A stretch of 36,621 nucleotides of DNA from an uncultured Candidatus Rokubacteria bacterium (GCA_963826115.1 CAWGVS010000009.1:1-36621), one strand, 5' to 3'. Numbered from the stretch's first letter, positions 1 to 8,782 are shown. Numbers and translations: made by a program. Notes: generated from the letters alone by a model not told the origin.

Positions 1-166
1 GCGGCGGTCATCCGCTCGAGGAGCCGCCAGTCGAGCGTGGCCGTCTTGGTCTGGCGCCAGCGGTCCCGTTCGGCAAGGACGGGATCGATCGCCGCGCGCG
101 CCGCGCCGAGGTCCGCGGCGCCGGCCCGCGCCTCGTCGATGACGCGGCGGTAGATGCGCGGGTCAT
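1..166 (-). CDS. Probable 5' end of a gene running off the left edge; start appears damaged
   Basis: Frame DPRIYRRVIDEARAGAADLGAARAAIDPVLAERDRWRQTKTATLDWRLLERMTA has mostly G/C third positions. The ATG at 166-164 is one base out of frame (ATGAC instead of ATG GAC). An extended -10-like TGATAGCTT lies at 199-191. Confidence 0.4.
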
Positions 167-252
167 CCCGGAGTCTCGCGCGAGGGGTTCAAGCTATCAC
201 AGGCCGCTGGGAACGGTCCGTGGCCGGTGGCCGGTCCCCGTCGCGGCGAGCT

Positions 253-1200
253 TCAGGGGCTCAGCACCTCGTGCGCCGCGCTGTACGACCCGCCGGGCTG
301 CGGGCCGCCCGAGAGGACGTGGATCCGCCCCTCGAAGGCGATGGCCGTGAGGCCGTGACGCGGGGTGGGCATGGGCGCGAGCGCGCTCCACCGACCCGTC
401 GTCGCGTCGTAGACCTCCACCTGGCCGAACGTCCCGGCGGGCGCCTCGCCGCCGAAGACGAACAGCCGCGAGCCGAGGACCGCAGCGGCGATCCCGCTCC
501 GCGCGGTGGGAAGCGGCGGGGCCGCGGTCCAGCGATTGGTCGCGGGCTCGTAGACGTGATGCGCATCGACGTTCCGCGCGTAGCTCCCCTCGAGGCGCCC
601 GCCGACGACGTGGAGCTTCCCGCCGACGGCCGCGGCCCCGTGGTGATCGCGCGGGACCGGCATCGGTGCCCGCGGCTCCCAGCGGTCCTGGACGGGATCG
701 TAGACCTCGAGAGCATCCGTGTTCCGGCGGGCGGCGCCGACACCGCCGGCGGCGTACACGCGCCCGTCGATGACGGCAGCGGCCAACGCTCCGCGGGCTG
801 TGGGGAGGGGCGCCTTGATGCGCCAACGGTCGCCGCCCGGATCGTACTCGAAGACGGAGTCGAGCACGGCCCACTGGCTGCCGGCGTAGCCGCCGACGAC
901 GTAGAGCCGGCCGCCGACGGCCACGGCCGCCGCGTGATGCAGCGGGACTGGCACCGGCGCGCGCCGCTCCCAGCGATCGGCCTTCGGATCGTAGGCCTCC
1001 ACCTGGTCACCGCCCTGCCCGAAGCCGCCGATCACGTAGAAGCGCCCGCCGAGCTCCGCGCCGGTGACCTCCGTGCGGCTCCCGAGGAGCGGCGCCGCGC
1101 GCGACCAGGTCCCGGTCCCCTGGGCCCAGCCCGGCAGAAGCCAGGCCCCGCCGAGGAGCGCGGCCGCGAGCGCCACGACGCCGGCCGTGCCACGGCGCAT
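253..1200 (-). CDS. Secreted Kelch-repeat beta-propeller protein
   Basis: ATG at 1200 gives a signal-peptide-like MRRGTAGVVALAAALLGG. About six Kelch repeats follow (YVIGGF, YVVGGY, YAAGGV, HVVGGR, FVFGGE, HVLSGG; YDP..DRW...AP.P.PR). Starts 2 nt after the DUF5989 stop. Confidence 0.9.
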   Translation of the reverse strand: MRRGTAGVVALAAALLGGAWLLPGWAQGTGTWSRAAPLLGSRTEVTGAELGGRFYVIGGFGQGGDQVEAYDPKADRWERRAPVPVPLHHAAAVAVGGRLYVVGGYAGSQWAVLDSVFEYDPGGDRWRIKAPLPTARGALAAAVIDGRVYAAGGVGAARRNTDALEVYDPVQDRWEPRAPMPVPRDHHGAAAVGGKLHVVGGRLEGSYARNVDAHHVYEPATNRWTAAPPLPTARSGIAAAVLGSRLFVFGGEAPAGTFGQVEVYDATTGRWSALAPMPTPRHGLTAIAFEGRIHVLSGGPQPGGSYSAAHEVLSP

Positions 1201-1202
1201 CG

Positions 1203-1382
1203 TCAGAACAGCGTGTAGATGAAGGGCGCGATGGCCGAGCTCTGCGCGAAGATGATCAGCCCGCCGACCAGGAGGAGGAGCAGGAGCATCGGGGTCAGCC
1301 ACCACCACTTCCGCTCCCAGAAGAACGCCAGGAGCTCACCGACGATCCCCGCCCGGCTCTGGAGATGCTCGCTCAGCTTCAC
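1203..1382 (-). CDS. DUF5989 / SxtK-like small membrane protein (59 aa), absent from the ORF track
   Basis: Manual translation: MKLSEHLQSRAGIVGELLAFFWERKWWWLTPMLLLLLLVGGLIIFAQSSAIAPFIYTLF. The GTG start overlaps the carbamoyltransferase stop (GTGA). RKxWWL.P and APFIYTLF match the family signature. Confidence 0.9.
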   Translation of the reverse strand: MKLSEHLQSRAGIVGELLAFFWERKWWWLTPMLLLLLLVGGLIIFAQSSAIAPFIYTLF

Positions 1383-3178
1383 GCGGCCGACCCTCCCGAC
1401 GTCCCCTTGTCCACGACGCAGTCGCCGAGGACGAGAACGTCCATCCCGCTCCGGCCGAAGGTGGCGAGCGCCTCGGCCGGCGTGTTCACGATCGGCTCAC
1501 CCTTGAGGTTGAAGGACGTGTTCAAGAGGACCGGGACGCCGGTGGCCTTGCCGAAGCGCTCGATGAGGCGGTGGTATCGTGGCGCGGTCTCCTCGCGGAC
1601 GGTCTGGAGCCGCGCGGTGCCGTCCACGTGGGTGACGGCGGGGATGGCGTCGCGCCGGGCGTCGCGCACGTCGACGACGTAGAGCATGAAGCGCGCCGGG
1701 TAGTGGCGCCCCGCGTCCGGCAGGTCGAAGTACTCCTCGGCGCGGCCGACCGGGACCGACGGCGCGAAGGGCCGGAACGGCTCCCGGTACTTGATCTTCA
1801 CGTTCACCACGTCCTTCATCTCGGGGCGGCGGGGATCCGCAAGGATGCTCCGGTGCCCGAGCGCGCGCGGACCCCACTCGAAGCGGCCCTGGAACCAGCC
1901 GGCCACCTTCCCCTGCTCGAGCCGCTCCACCACGTGGTCGAGCAGGCGGTCCTCGTCGTCGAATGCGGTGTAGGCCGCGCCCGCCGTCCGGAGGGTCGCC
2001 TCGATCTCCGACCGGCCGTACTCCTGGCCCCACGCCGCGTGCTCCATCACGAACCCGCGCGGGCGCCCGAGCACCGCGTGGTGCGCCCAGAGGGCCGCGC
2101 CCAGCGCGCCGCCCGAGTCCCCCGCCGCCGGCTGGACGTAGAGCTCCTCGAAGGGGGACTCCCGTAGGAGGCGCCCGTTGGCGACGCTGTTGAGCGCCAC
2201 GCCGCCGGCCATGCAGAGCCGCGGGAGGCCGGTCCGGCGGTGAGCGTAGCGGGCCATCCGGAGGAGCACCTCCTCGATGACCACCTGGATGCTCGCCGCC
2301 AGGTCGGCGTAGTACTGGTTCCGCTCCGCCTGCGCGGCGTGGTCCGCCGCCCGGGGGCCGAAGTACGAGGGGTATCCGCTCGCCGCGGTGAAGAACGGGG
2401 CGCCGGGGTCGCGGGGCGCGCCGAACAGCTCGACGAACCGGTCACTGTACGTCCGCTCGGTGGACCGGTGAAACTCGAAGTACGACATGTCGAGCTCGAA
2501 GCCGCCGTCGTCATCCACCCGGAGGAGCTGCCACGCGCGATCGACGTGCTTCGGCGTCCCGAAGGGCGCCATCCCCATGACCTTGTACTCGCCCTCGTTC
2601 ACCTCGAAGCCCAGGAAGGCGGTGAAGGCGCTGTAGAGAAGCCCGAGGGAGTGCGGGAAGCGGATCTCCTCCAGCACCGTGAGGTCGGTGCCACGTCCGA
2701 CGCCGACCGTCGCGGTCGTCCACTCGCCGACGCCGTCCACGGTGAGGATCGCCGACTCGCTGAACGGCGAGCAGTAGAACGCGCTGGCCGCGTGGGAGAG
2801 GTGGTGCTCGCTGAACAGGATCTTCGACGGCGGGAGACCGAGGCGCTTCTGGAGGAGGTGTCGGATCCACACCTTGTCGCCGAACCAGGGGATCATCGCC
2901 TCCTGGAACAGGCGGCGCGAGCGGGGGAACGTCTGCATGCAGGTCAGCAGGAGGCGCTCGAACTTGAGGAATGGCTTCTCGAAGAACACGACGTAGTCGA
3001 GCGCCGAGGCGGAGATCCCGCCGGCGCGGAGGCAGAAGTCGATGGCGTTCGTGGGGAACCCGTAGTCGTGCTTCTTCCGGCTGAAACGCTCCTCCTCGAC
3101 GGCGGCCACGAGCTGGCCGTCGCGGAGAAGCGCCGCCGCCGCGTCGTGGAAGTAGCAGGAGACGCCGAGGATGTCCAT
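1379..3178 (-). CDS. O-carbamoyltransferase, NodU/CmcH/TobZ family (SxtI-like)
   Basis: Motifs HDAAAAL, EEERFSRKKHD, EHHLSHAASAF, DGVGE, GEYKVMGMAP, AGGVALN, QPAAGDSG, GPRALGHRSILADPR, REPFRPFAP, HVDGTARLQTV, NTSFN. Confidence 0.97.
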   Translation of the reverse strand: MDILGVSCYFHDAAAALLRDGQLVAAVEEERFSRKKHDYGFPTNAIDFCLRAGGISASALDYVVFFEKPFLKFERLLLTCMQTFPRSRRLFQEAMIPWFGDKVWIRHLLQKRLGLPPSKILFSEHHLSHAASAFYCSPFSESAILTVDGVGEWTTATVGVGRGTDLTVLEEIRFPHSLGLLYSAFTAFLGFEVNEGEYKVMGMAPFGTPKHVDRAWQLLRVDDDGGFELDMSYFEFHRSTERTYSDRFVELFGAPRDPGAPFFTAASGYPSYFGPRAADHAAQAERNQYYADLAASIQVVIEEVLLRMARYAHRRTGLPRLCMAGGVALNSVANGRLLRESPFEELYVQPAAGDSGGALGAALWAHHAVLGRPRGFVMEHAAWGQEYGRSEIEATLRTAGAAYTAFDDEDRLLDHVVERLEQGKVAGWFQGRFEWGPRALGHRSILADPRRPEMKDVVNVKIKYREPFRPFAPSVPVGRAEEYFDLPDAGRHYPARFMLYVVDVRDARRDAIPAVTHVDGTARLQTVREETAPRYHRLIERFGKATGVPVLLNTSFNLKGEPIVNTPAEALATFGRSGMDVLVLGDCVVDKGTSGGSAA

Positions 3179-3447
3179 CAGGACTGGCGGCGAGCCTGCT
3201 CCGCGATCGGGCGGGTCTCCGCGTCGCGGTGCCGCCAGCCGACGGGGGCGCCCGGTGCGATGCCGAGCGGATCGCTCCGGCGCAGGACCAGCGCGAACGG
3301 CCCGAGGATCACGTAGTAGAAGACGGTCAGGAGGACGCGCGCCTGGAAGTCACCGATGCGGTGGGCCACGCGGGTCCACCAGCGCCAGGCCGCGCTGGCC
3401 GCGCCCTTCAGGCCGCGCTGCGATGCGGATCCCTCTCCCGCCGGCAC
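3178..3447 (-). CDS. SxtJ-like small membrane protein
   Basis: WRWWTRVAHRIGDFQARVLLTVFYYVILGPF...DPL...W matches the SxtJ-type C-terminal pattern. Its stop overlaps the carbamoyltransferase ATG (TGATG). Confidence 0.8.
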   Translation of the reverse strand: MPAGEGSASQRGLKGAASAAWRWWTRVAHRIGDFQARVLLTVFYYVILGPFALVLRRSDPLGIAPGAPVGWRHRDAETRPIAEQARRQS

Positions 3448-3453
3448 GTTCGA

Positions 3454-3462
3454 AGTCTAGCA
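3454..3462 (-). promoter_or_regulatory. Extended -10 element (TGCTAGACT), probable leaderless promoter of the SxtJ-like gene
   Basis: TG-n-TAGACT ends 6 nt before the GTG at 3447, with no Shine-Dalgarno between them. Confidence 0.5.
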
Positions 3463-3493
3463 TAGCCGCCGCGGCGGCCTTCCGCGGCGACGC

Positions 3494-4648
3494 TCACGGT
3501 TGTCCGCGCGGTGGGGGCGCGCTCTCGAGGATCCACGCCGCGACCAGCTCGCCGACGCGGCGCGCGCCGGCCTCCGAGAGGTGCATGTCGTCGTAGAAAT
3601 ACTCGGCGCGCGGCGGCAGGGCCGCGGCCAGGTCGCGGCACAGGATGCCCGGGGTCCGGCAGACGTCCCGCAGGACGTCGTTGAACGCGCGCATGCCGTC
3701 GGCGAGGGCCCGCGGGGAGTAGTAGCGCTGGTGCGCGCACCACGTCTTGATCGGCCCGAGCCCTCCGGCCAGGAGCCGCGCTGCCTCCGCGGGCCCCATG
3801 TCGGGCGCCCAGAGGGTCGGCTGGGTCAGGAAGAGGAGCGGCGCGCCGTACGCCCGGGCACGCGCCGCCAGGGTCTCGAGGTTTCCCCGGTACTCCGCCA
3901 GGGCGGGGCCGAGATCGGGCAGGGCGTCGACGAGGTTCGCGGCGGGCGCCGTCTGCCGGCATTCCCGGAGTCGCGCGTAGCCCTCGGCGGTCCGCGTCTG
4001 GACGAGACCGCGGCGCGCCTGGCGCCACGTCTGCCACGCGAAGCGGGCGGCCCGCACGGTCGCGAGCCGGTTCCACGCGCCGTCGTCCGGCGGGCGGAGG
4101 GCGAACGCCCACGCGCGCTGCGTCTCCGGCGCGGCGGTGTCGAGGTAGCTCGACTTGAGCGCGAGCTGGAGGTCGTTGACCCCGACCAGGTTGACCAGGA
4201 AGTCGGCCCGCGGGAGCTCCGGGAGGAGGACGTCGAAGTAGAGCAGGTTGTGGACGCTCGCGAGCGAGGGTCGTGCCAGGTTGCCCACCCACGTCCGCGG
4301 CTGGCCCGGAGCGCGGTTGAGCCCCTGCTGCACGAGGGACACCCACGCCTCGTCCTGGTCGAGGTAGAGGTCGGCGGCCGTGCTCCCGCCGAAGACGTAC
4401 ACGATCCGTCGCGCGTCCGGGAACGGCTCGTCCGAGCGGAGCCCGAGGCTGTTGGTCCGGAATCGGCCGCGTCCCGTCACGCCCGGGGTCGCCGCGTCGC
4501 TCGGGGCGAAGTCGAGGCGCAGGTGAGGCGGCCAGACGTAGTGCCGCGTGGGCGCGGGATACCACGCGCGCAGGACCGCCTCCGCGACCGCGAGCGTCAG
4601 GAGGCACAGGACTCCGACGTAGGCGACCGCGCGGGTCCGCGCGATCAT
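3494..4648 (-). CDS. Membrane-anchored SGNH/GDSL-family protein
   Basis: True start is the ATG at 4648 (ATGA overlap). N-terminal TM, then TNSLGLR, block I FGGST, block III GVND, block V DDMH. The longer ORF-track version is an N-terminal over-extension. Confidence 0.88.
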   Translation of the reverse strand: MIARTRAVAYVGVLCLLTLAVAEAVLRAWYPAPTRHYVWPPHLRLDFAPSDAATPGVTGRGRFRTNSLGLRSDEPFPDARRIVYVFGGSTAADLYLDQDEAWVSLVQQGLNRAPGQPRTWVGNLARPSLASVHNLLYFDVLLPELPRADFLVNLVGVNDLQLALKSSYLDTAAPETQRAWAFALRPPDDGAWNRLATVRAARFAWQTWRQARRGLVQTRTAEGYARLRECRQTAPAANLVDALPDLGPALAEYRGNLETLAARARAYGAPLLFLTQPTLWAPDMGPAEAARLLAGGLGPIKTWCAHQRYYSPRALADGMRAFNDVLRDVCRTPGILCRDLAAALPPRAEYFYDDMHLSEAGARRVGELVAAWILESAPPPRGQP

Positions 4649-5865
4649 CGCGCGCCGCAGAGGAGCGGCACCAGGAACGGGGCGAGCGCCCGCGCGGCCA
4701 CGCGATTGCCCCGCGGCGTCCAGTGGTTGTCGCTCAGCTTGTAAAGCGCCTCCCCGGCGCCCGCCGGCTCGGCCGCGAAGACGGGCGTCAGGTCGACGAG
4801 CGGGATGCCGCGCGACCGCGCGAACTCCCGGAGACGCGCGTTGGGCAGGTCGGGATCGATCTCCGCCGCCGACAACCCGCGATGCCGGAGCGACCCGGCG
4901 ATCCGCGCCACCGTCGCGGCCCGAAGGTCCGCGTCCACCTGAAGGACCGACGGCAGGATCGCGAGCGCCGTGCGGCTTCCCGCCCGCGTCGCGGCCCGGT
5001 GGACCGCGTCGAGGTCCGCGAGGGTCGGCTCCCACGCGGCCTCGATCTCCCGCTCGTCCCTCGGACGGTAGAACCGGCCGAGGTCCGACGCCAGGACGTC
5101 CTGGTAGGCGGCGTCGGAGAGGAGCGGGCCCACGAGGGCCGGATCGTCGGGCGAGAGCTCCGGCATGCCCGCCACCCGCGTGCCGCCGCGCCCGACCGCG
5201 GTTCCCGCCGGGGCCGTCCCGACCCGCTCGGGCAGCCGGGCCTCGCGGAGCCCGCCCCGGGCGCGGGCCAGGTTCTTCCCGAACGTCCACAGGCGCGACC
5301 GGCGGAGCGCCCGCTCGAGCGGCGAGCGGTCGTGCACGTGCCGGTGGAGATCCGGCGCGTCGTTCCCGACGAAGAAGCCGATCAGCACGAGGTCGGGGGC
5401 GAAGCGCGGCGCGCCCAGCTCGACGAGGATGCGGTACTCGGGCGGGCCCGCGCCCATCAGGCCCATGTTGAGGACGTCGAGATCCTGGCCGGCGCACGCC
5501 GCGCGGAGCGCGCCCTCGGTCAGGGTCACCATCCCCTGCGGATACGGGACGGGCGCGAACGTGAAGGAGTCCCCCACGGCGAGCATCCGGCGCCGTCCCG
5601 CGGGCTTCGGCTCGACGAACTCCTCGTCGTGGAATCCGAACGCGTTGCTCCAGCGGCCGTACCAGACCTGGTGGGGCGTGATGTGCGCCGCCTGCGCCGC
5701 GATGAAGTCCTCGAGGGTCGCGTACCGGACGGCCGGCCGGGTCGCGCGACCCGTGGCGAGGAAACTGACGCGGGGATCGAGCGCCGCGACGACGCGCACC
5801 AGCCCTTCCGCGAGGGCGAGGGCGGCGAGGACCCCGACGAGGACGAGGCCGAGCCGCGCCGTCAC
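4645..5865 (-). CDS. Membrane-anchored SGNH-family protein (AlgJ/AlgX-like DxHW)
   Basis: GTG at 5865 overlaps the upstream stop. N-terminal TM, then NAFGFHD, GDSFTF, NMGLMG, FVGND, DNHWTPRGN. Confidence 0.88.
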   Translation of the reverse strand: MTARLGLVLVGVLAALALAEGLVRVVAALDPRVSFLATGRATRPAVRYATLEDFIAAQAAHITPHQVWYGRWSNAFGFHDEEFVEPKPAGRRRMLAVGDSFTFAPVPYPQGMVTLTEGALRAACAGQDLDVLNMGLMGAGPPEYRILVELGAPRFAPDLVLIGFFVGNDAPDLHRHVHDRSPLERALRRSRLWTFGKNLARARGGLREARLPERVGTAPAGTAVGRGGTRVAGMPELSPDDPALVGPLLSDAAYQDVLASDLGRFYRPRDEREIEAAWEPTLADLDAVHRAATRAGSRTALAILPSVLQVDADLRAATVARIAGSLRHRGLSAAEIDPDLPNARLREFARSRGIPLVDLTPVFAAEPAGAGEALYKLSDNHWTPRGNRVAARALAPFLVPLLCGAR

Positions 5866-7388
5866 CGACACTGCCCGACTCCCGGCGACAGGCGGACGAA
5901 GAAGGCGCGGTACAGGAGGGCCGGCGCGTGGCGGTGGGGCATCGTGACGCTGCCGATCTCGACCGGCGCGGCCTCCTCGACGGCGAGGCGCTCGCGGAGC
6001 CACGCGCCGAGATAGGCCGGCACCGCGCCATCCCCGGCGCCGTCCCAGGCGAGAAGGCAGTCGCCCCCGTCGGCGCCGTCCGCGCGCGGGGGAAGGTAGC
6101 CCGGCGTCTCCAGACTGGCCACGCGCGCGTCCGGAAACGCGAGGCGGAGGTTGCCGCCCAGCGGCCCGACACCGGCGACGAGGGTCCCGCGCCGGAATCC
6201 GCTCGCCGCGACGGCCCCCGCGACGGCGTCGTACGGCGCGTTGAGCCGAGCAGGCGCGCCGAGGCGCGCGCCGGCATAGATCTGGACCAGGATCCCGGCC
6301 ACCATGAGCGCCTCGGTGCCGACGAGGACCCAGCCGTAGATCCGCAGGCGCCGCCGACGGGCGGCGTCGAGCCCGAGCCGCTCGAGACGCCAGCAGAGGT
6401 AGAGCGGCAGGAGGAAGAAGATCGGGATCGCCCAGCGGAACTTGAGCTGGCCGAGCACGTTCAGGAAGGCGCCGGCGACCAGGAGGCCGAGGCCGGCGAG
6501 GAGCGTGCGCTCGACGAGACGGCCCGCCGGGCGCTCGCCCCCGGGCGAGGCGGGCCGCGCCCGGTAGATCTCCGGGAACAGGACGAGGAAGGCGACGGCG
6601 AGCGGCGCCGCGTAGTAGGCGAGGGCGCGCAGCACGGCGCCGAGCCCGTCGAGAACGCCGGCGGGGTACGAGCGCGCGCCCCCGGGGCTCACCTGCTCGG
6701 CGAAGCGCGCGAGCTCCGCCTGGTGCGTCCCGAGCCACAGCCCGTACGGGAGGACGAGGAGGGTCGCGACCACGACCGCCAGGACGACGCGCGGGTCCCG
6801 CAGGCGCCGCCGGTAGGGCTCGACCGTCAGCGCCGCGAACGCGAGCGCCGCGGCGAAGACGAGATAGGTGAGCTTCGACAGCGTCCCGGCGGCGAGCGCG
6901 AGACCGAGCCACGCGTAGCCCCCGGCCGTCGGCCTCGTCTCCAGCCGGATCAGCGCGTACACCGTGGCCGCCGACGCGGCCAGCACCGCCACGCTCTGCG
7001 TGAGGTCGTCGTGGACGAACCAGCCGATCGGGAGGAGGAGCAGGAGCGAGAACGCCGCCAGCGGCGCGAGCCGGGGGTCGTCCAGGACGCGCCGCGCCGT
7101 CAGGTACGCGAAGCCGTAGGCGACGGCGAGCACGAGGTACTTGAGGACGGTGAGCGTGAGGACGCCGATCCCCCCGAGGCGCACGGCGCCCCACACCAAC
7201 CACGTGTACAGTGGCGGCTGCCGGGGCTGGTATCCCCAGGCCAGGGTCTGGCTGAAAATTGCCTCCCGCGCGTCGTCGATGTTAAGAACGGGCGAGATCC
7301 ACACGCGCAACGCCGTGTGCCCGACCGCGTACAGGACGAGGAGCAGAAGAAAGGTGCCCGGGGTCAGCGACCGCCAGTCCCGGTCGAT
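5862..7388 (-). CDS. GT-C fold membrane glycosyltransferase (ArnT / PMT_2, family 39-like)
   Basis: DDAREAIFSQTLAWGYQPRQPPLYTWL, LSKLTY and many TM helices. The coding frame extends past TTG 7310 to an ATC at 7388, which lies 8 nt downstream of GGAGG. Confidence 0.85.
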   Translation of the reverse strand: MDRDWRSLTPGTFLLLLVLYAVGHTALRVWISPVLNIDDAREAIFSQTLAWGYQPRQPPLYTWLVWGAVRLGGIGVLTLTVLKYLVLAVAYGFAYLTARRVLDDPRLAPLAAFSLLLLLPIGWFVHDDLTQSVAVLAASAATVYALIRLETRPTAGGYAWLGLALAAGTLSKLTYLVFAAALAFAALTVEPYRRRLRDPRVVLAVVVATLLVLPYGLWLGTHQAELARFAEQVSPGGARSYPAGVLDGLGAVLRALAYYAAPLAVAFLVLFPEIYRARPASPGGERPAGRLVERTLLAGLGLLVAGAFLNVLGQLKFRWAIPIFFLLPLYLCWRLERLGLDAARRRRLRIYGWVLVGTEALMVAGILVQIYAGARLGAPARLNAPYDAVAGAVAASGFRRGTLVAGVGPLGGNLRLAFPDARVASLETPGYLPPRADGADGGDCLLAWDGAGDGAVPAYLGAWLRERLAVEEAAPVEIGSVTMPHRHAPALLYRAFFVRLSPGVGQCR

Positions 7389-7540
7389 CGAGGCGTCCTC
7401 CGCGGGACCGCGATGCGCCCGAGCACGCCCCGGGAATCGGGCACGAGCGCGCTCGCCGCTCGACTGTGAGCCGGTGTCGGATCGGGACGGCGCTCGTAGC
7501 CTAGCATGAGGCGATCGGCCGACCGGCCCCCCGTGCGCCC

Positions 7541-8782
7541 TTGAGACCGACCCGCGCCGAGTGGGCGCTGCTCGCCCTGGCCCTCGCCCTTCGCCTCTGG
7601 CTCGTCGCCTCGGCGACGTGGCTGCCCGTGAGCGACACGCGCGACTACCATCAGCTCGCCCGGAGCCTCGCGAGCGGCGCGGGCTACGTCCAGACGTACG
7701 AGGGAGAGCGACCCGAGTACCGGGGCCTCACCTTCCGGGCCTTCCGCATGCCGGGCTACCCGGCGCTCCTGGCGGGCCTCTACTCGACGTTCGGGTGGGA
7801 CCCGCTCGCCGGCTACGCGGCCAACGTCGTCTTCGAGCTCGCGACCCAGGTGCTCCTGCTGGCGCTGGGCCGCCAGCTCCTCGGTCCGGCCGCGAGCCTG
7901 GCCGCCCAGGCCCTGTTCGCGACTCACGTCACCTGGAGCGCGAGCCTCATGACCGAGTCCCTGTTCACGTTCCTCTTCGCCGCGCTCGCGCTGATGGTCG
8001 TGCGCGCCACCGTGGTCGCGTCCGTCACGGGCGCCGCCGGCTTCGGGCTCCTCCTGGCGGGCGCCCTGTTCGTCCGGCCCATCGCCCTGGCCGTCCTGCC
8101 CGTGGCGCTCGCCCAGGTGCTCCGCGCGCGCCCGACCCGGCGAGCCGCCCTGCTCGCCCTCCTGCTCGTCGCGCCCGCCGCCCTGGGCCTGACCGCCTGG
8201 GCGACGCGCAACCACGGGCAGCTCGGCGCCACCGTGCTGCTGACGACGAACCTCGGCGCGCACAACGCGCCCTTCTTCGGCCTCGATCGCGCCCGCATCG
8301 TCCTGGAGAGCCGCGCGCGGGGGTTGAACGAATCGGGGATCAACGACGCCCTCCTCTCGGAGATCCGCCGCCTGGTCACCGACGCGCCGGCGTGGTCGGC
8401 GTGGCTCTACGTGCGACGCGCGCTCGACCTCTTCTCGCTCACCCGGCCGTGGGAGGTGCGCGAGCTCCTCGCCAGTCGCACGTTCGCCGACCCCGGCGGC
8501 TTTCCGACGGCCCAGTACGTCTACAACCTTCTCCTCTTCCAGTACTACGTGACCTATCCCCTCGCCCTCGCCGGGGCCCTCCTGCTGCTGCGCGCGCGCC
8601 GGCGCCTTCACGGTCTCTGGGGGCTCGTCGCGAGTTACGTCCTGACCCACGCGCTCGTCTCCCCCGGCAACTTCCGGCTCGCCGCACCGCTCTACGTCGT
8701 GCTGTGCCTGTTCGCCGGCCACGCCATAGCAGAGCTGGGCGCGTGGTGGCGCGCGTGGAGGCTCGCCGCCGCGCCCGCCTGA
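7541..8782 (+). CDS. GT-C fold membrane glycosyltransferase (PMT_2/ArnT-like), divergently transcribed
   Basis: SDTRDYHQLARSL, AFRMPGYP, LMTESLF, LFVRP and a C-terminal RLAAP; polytopic hydrophobic pattern. TTG start is uncertain. Confidence 0.8.
   Translation: MRPTRAEWALLALALALRLWLVASATWLPVSDTRDYHQLARSLASGAGYVQTYEGERPEYRGLTFRAFRMPGYPALLAGLYSTFGWDPLAGYAANVVFELATQVLLLALGRQLLGPAASLAAQALFATHVTWSASLMTESLFTFLFAALALMVVRATVVASVTGAAGFGLLLAGALFVRPIALAVLPVALAQVLRARPTRRAALLALLLVAPAALGLTAWATRNHGQLGATVLLTTNLGAHNAPFFGLDRARIVLESRARGLNESGINDALLSEIRRLVTDAPAWSAWLYVRRALDLFSLTRPWEVRELLASRTFADPGGFPTAQYVYNLLLFQYYVTYPLALAGALLLLRARRRLHGLWGLVASYVLTHALVSPGNFRLAAPLYVVLCLFAGHAIAELGAWWRAWRLAAAPA

Noticed and set aside
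1203-5865. Saxitoxin biosynthesis cluster (sxtIJKL-like genes)
   Set aside because: No sxtA, amidinotransferase or other core genes in the window; the module is flanked by envelope glycosyltransferases instead.
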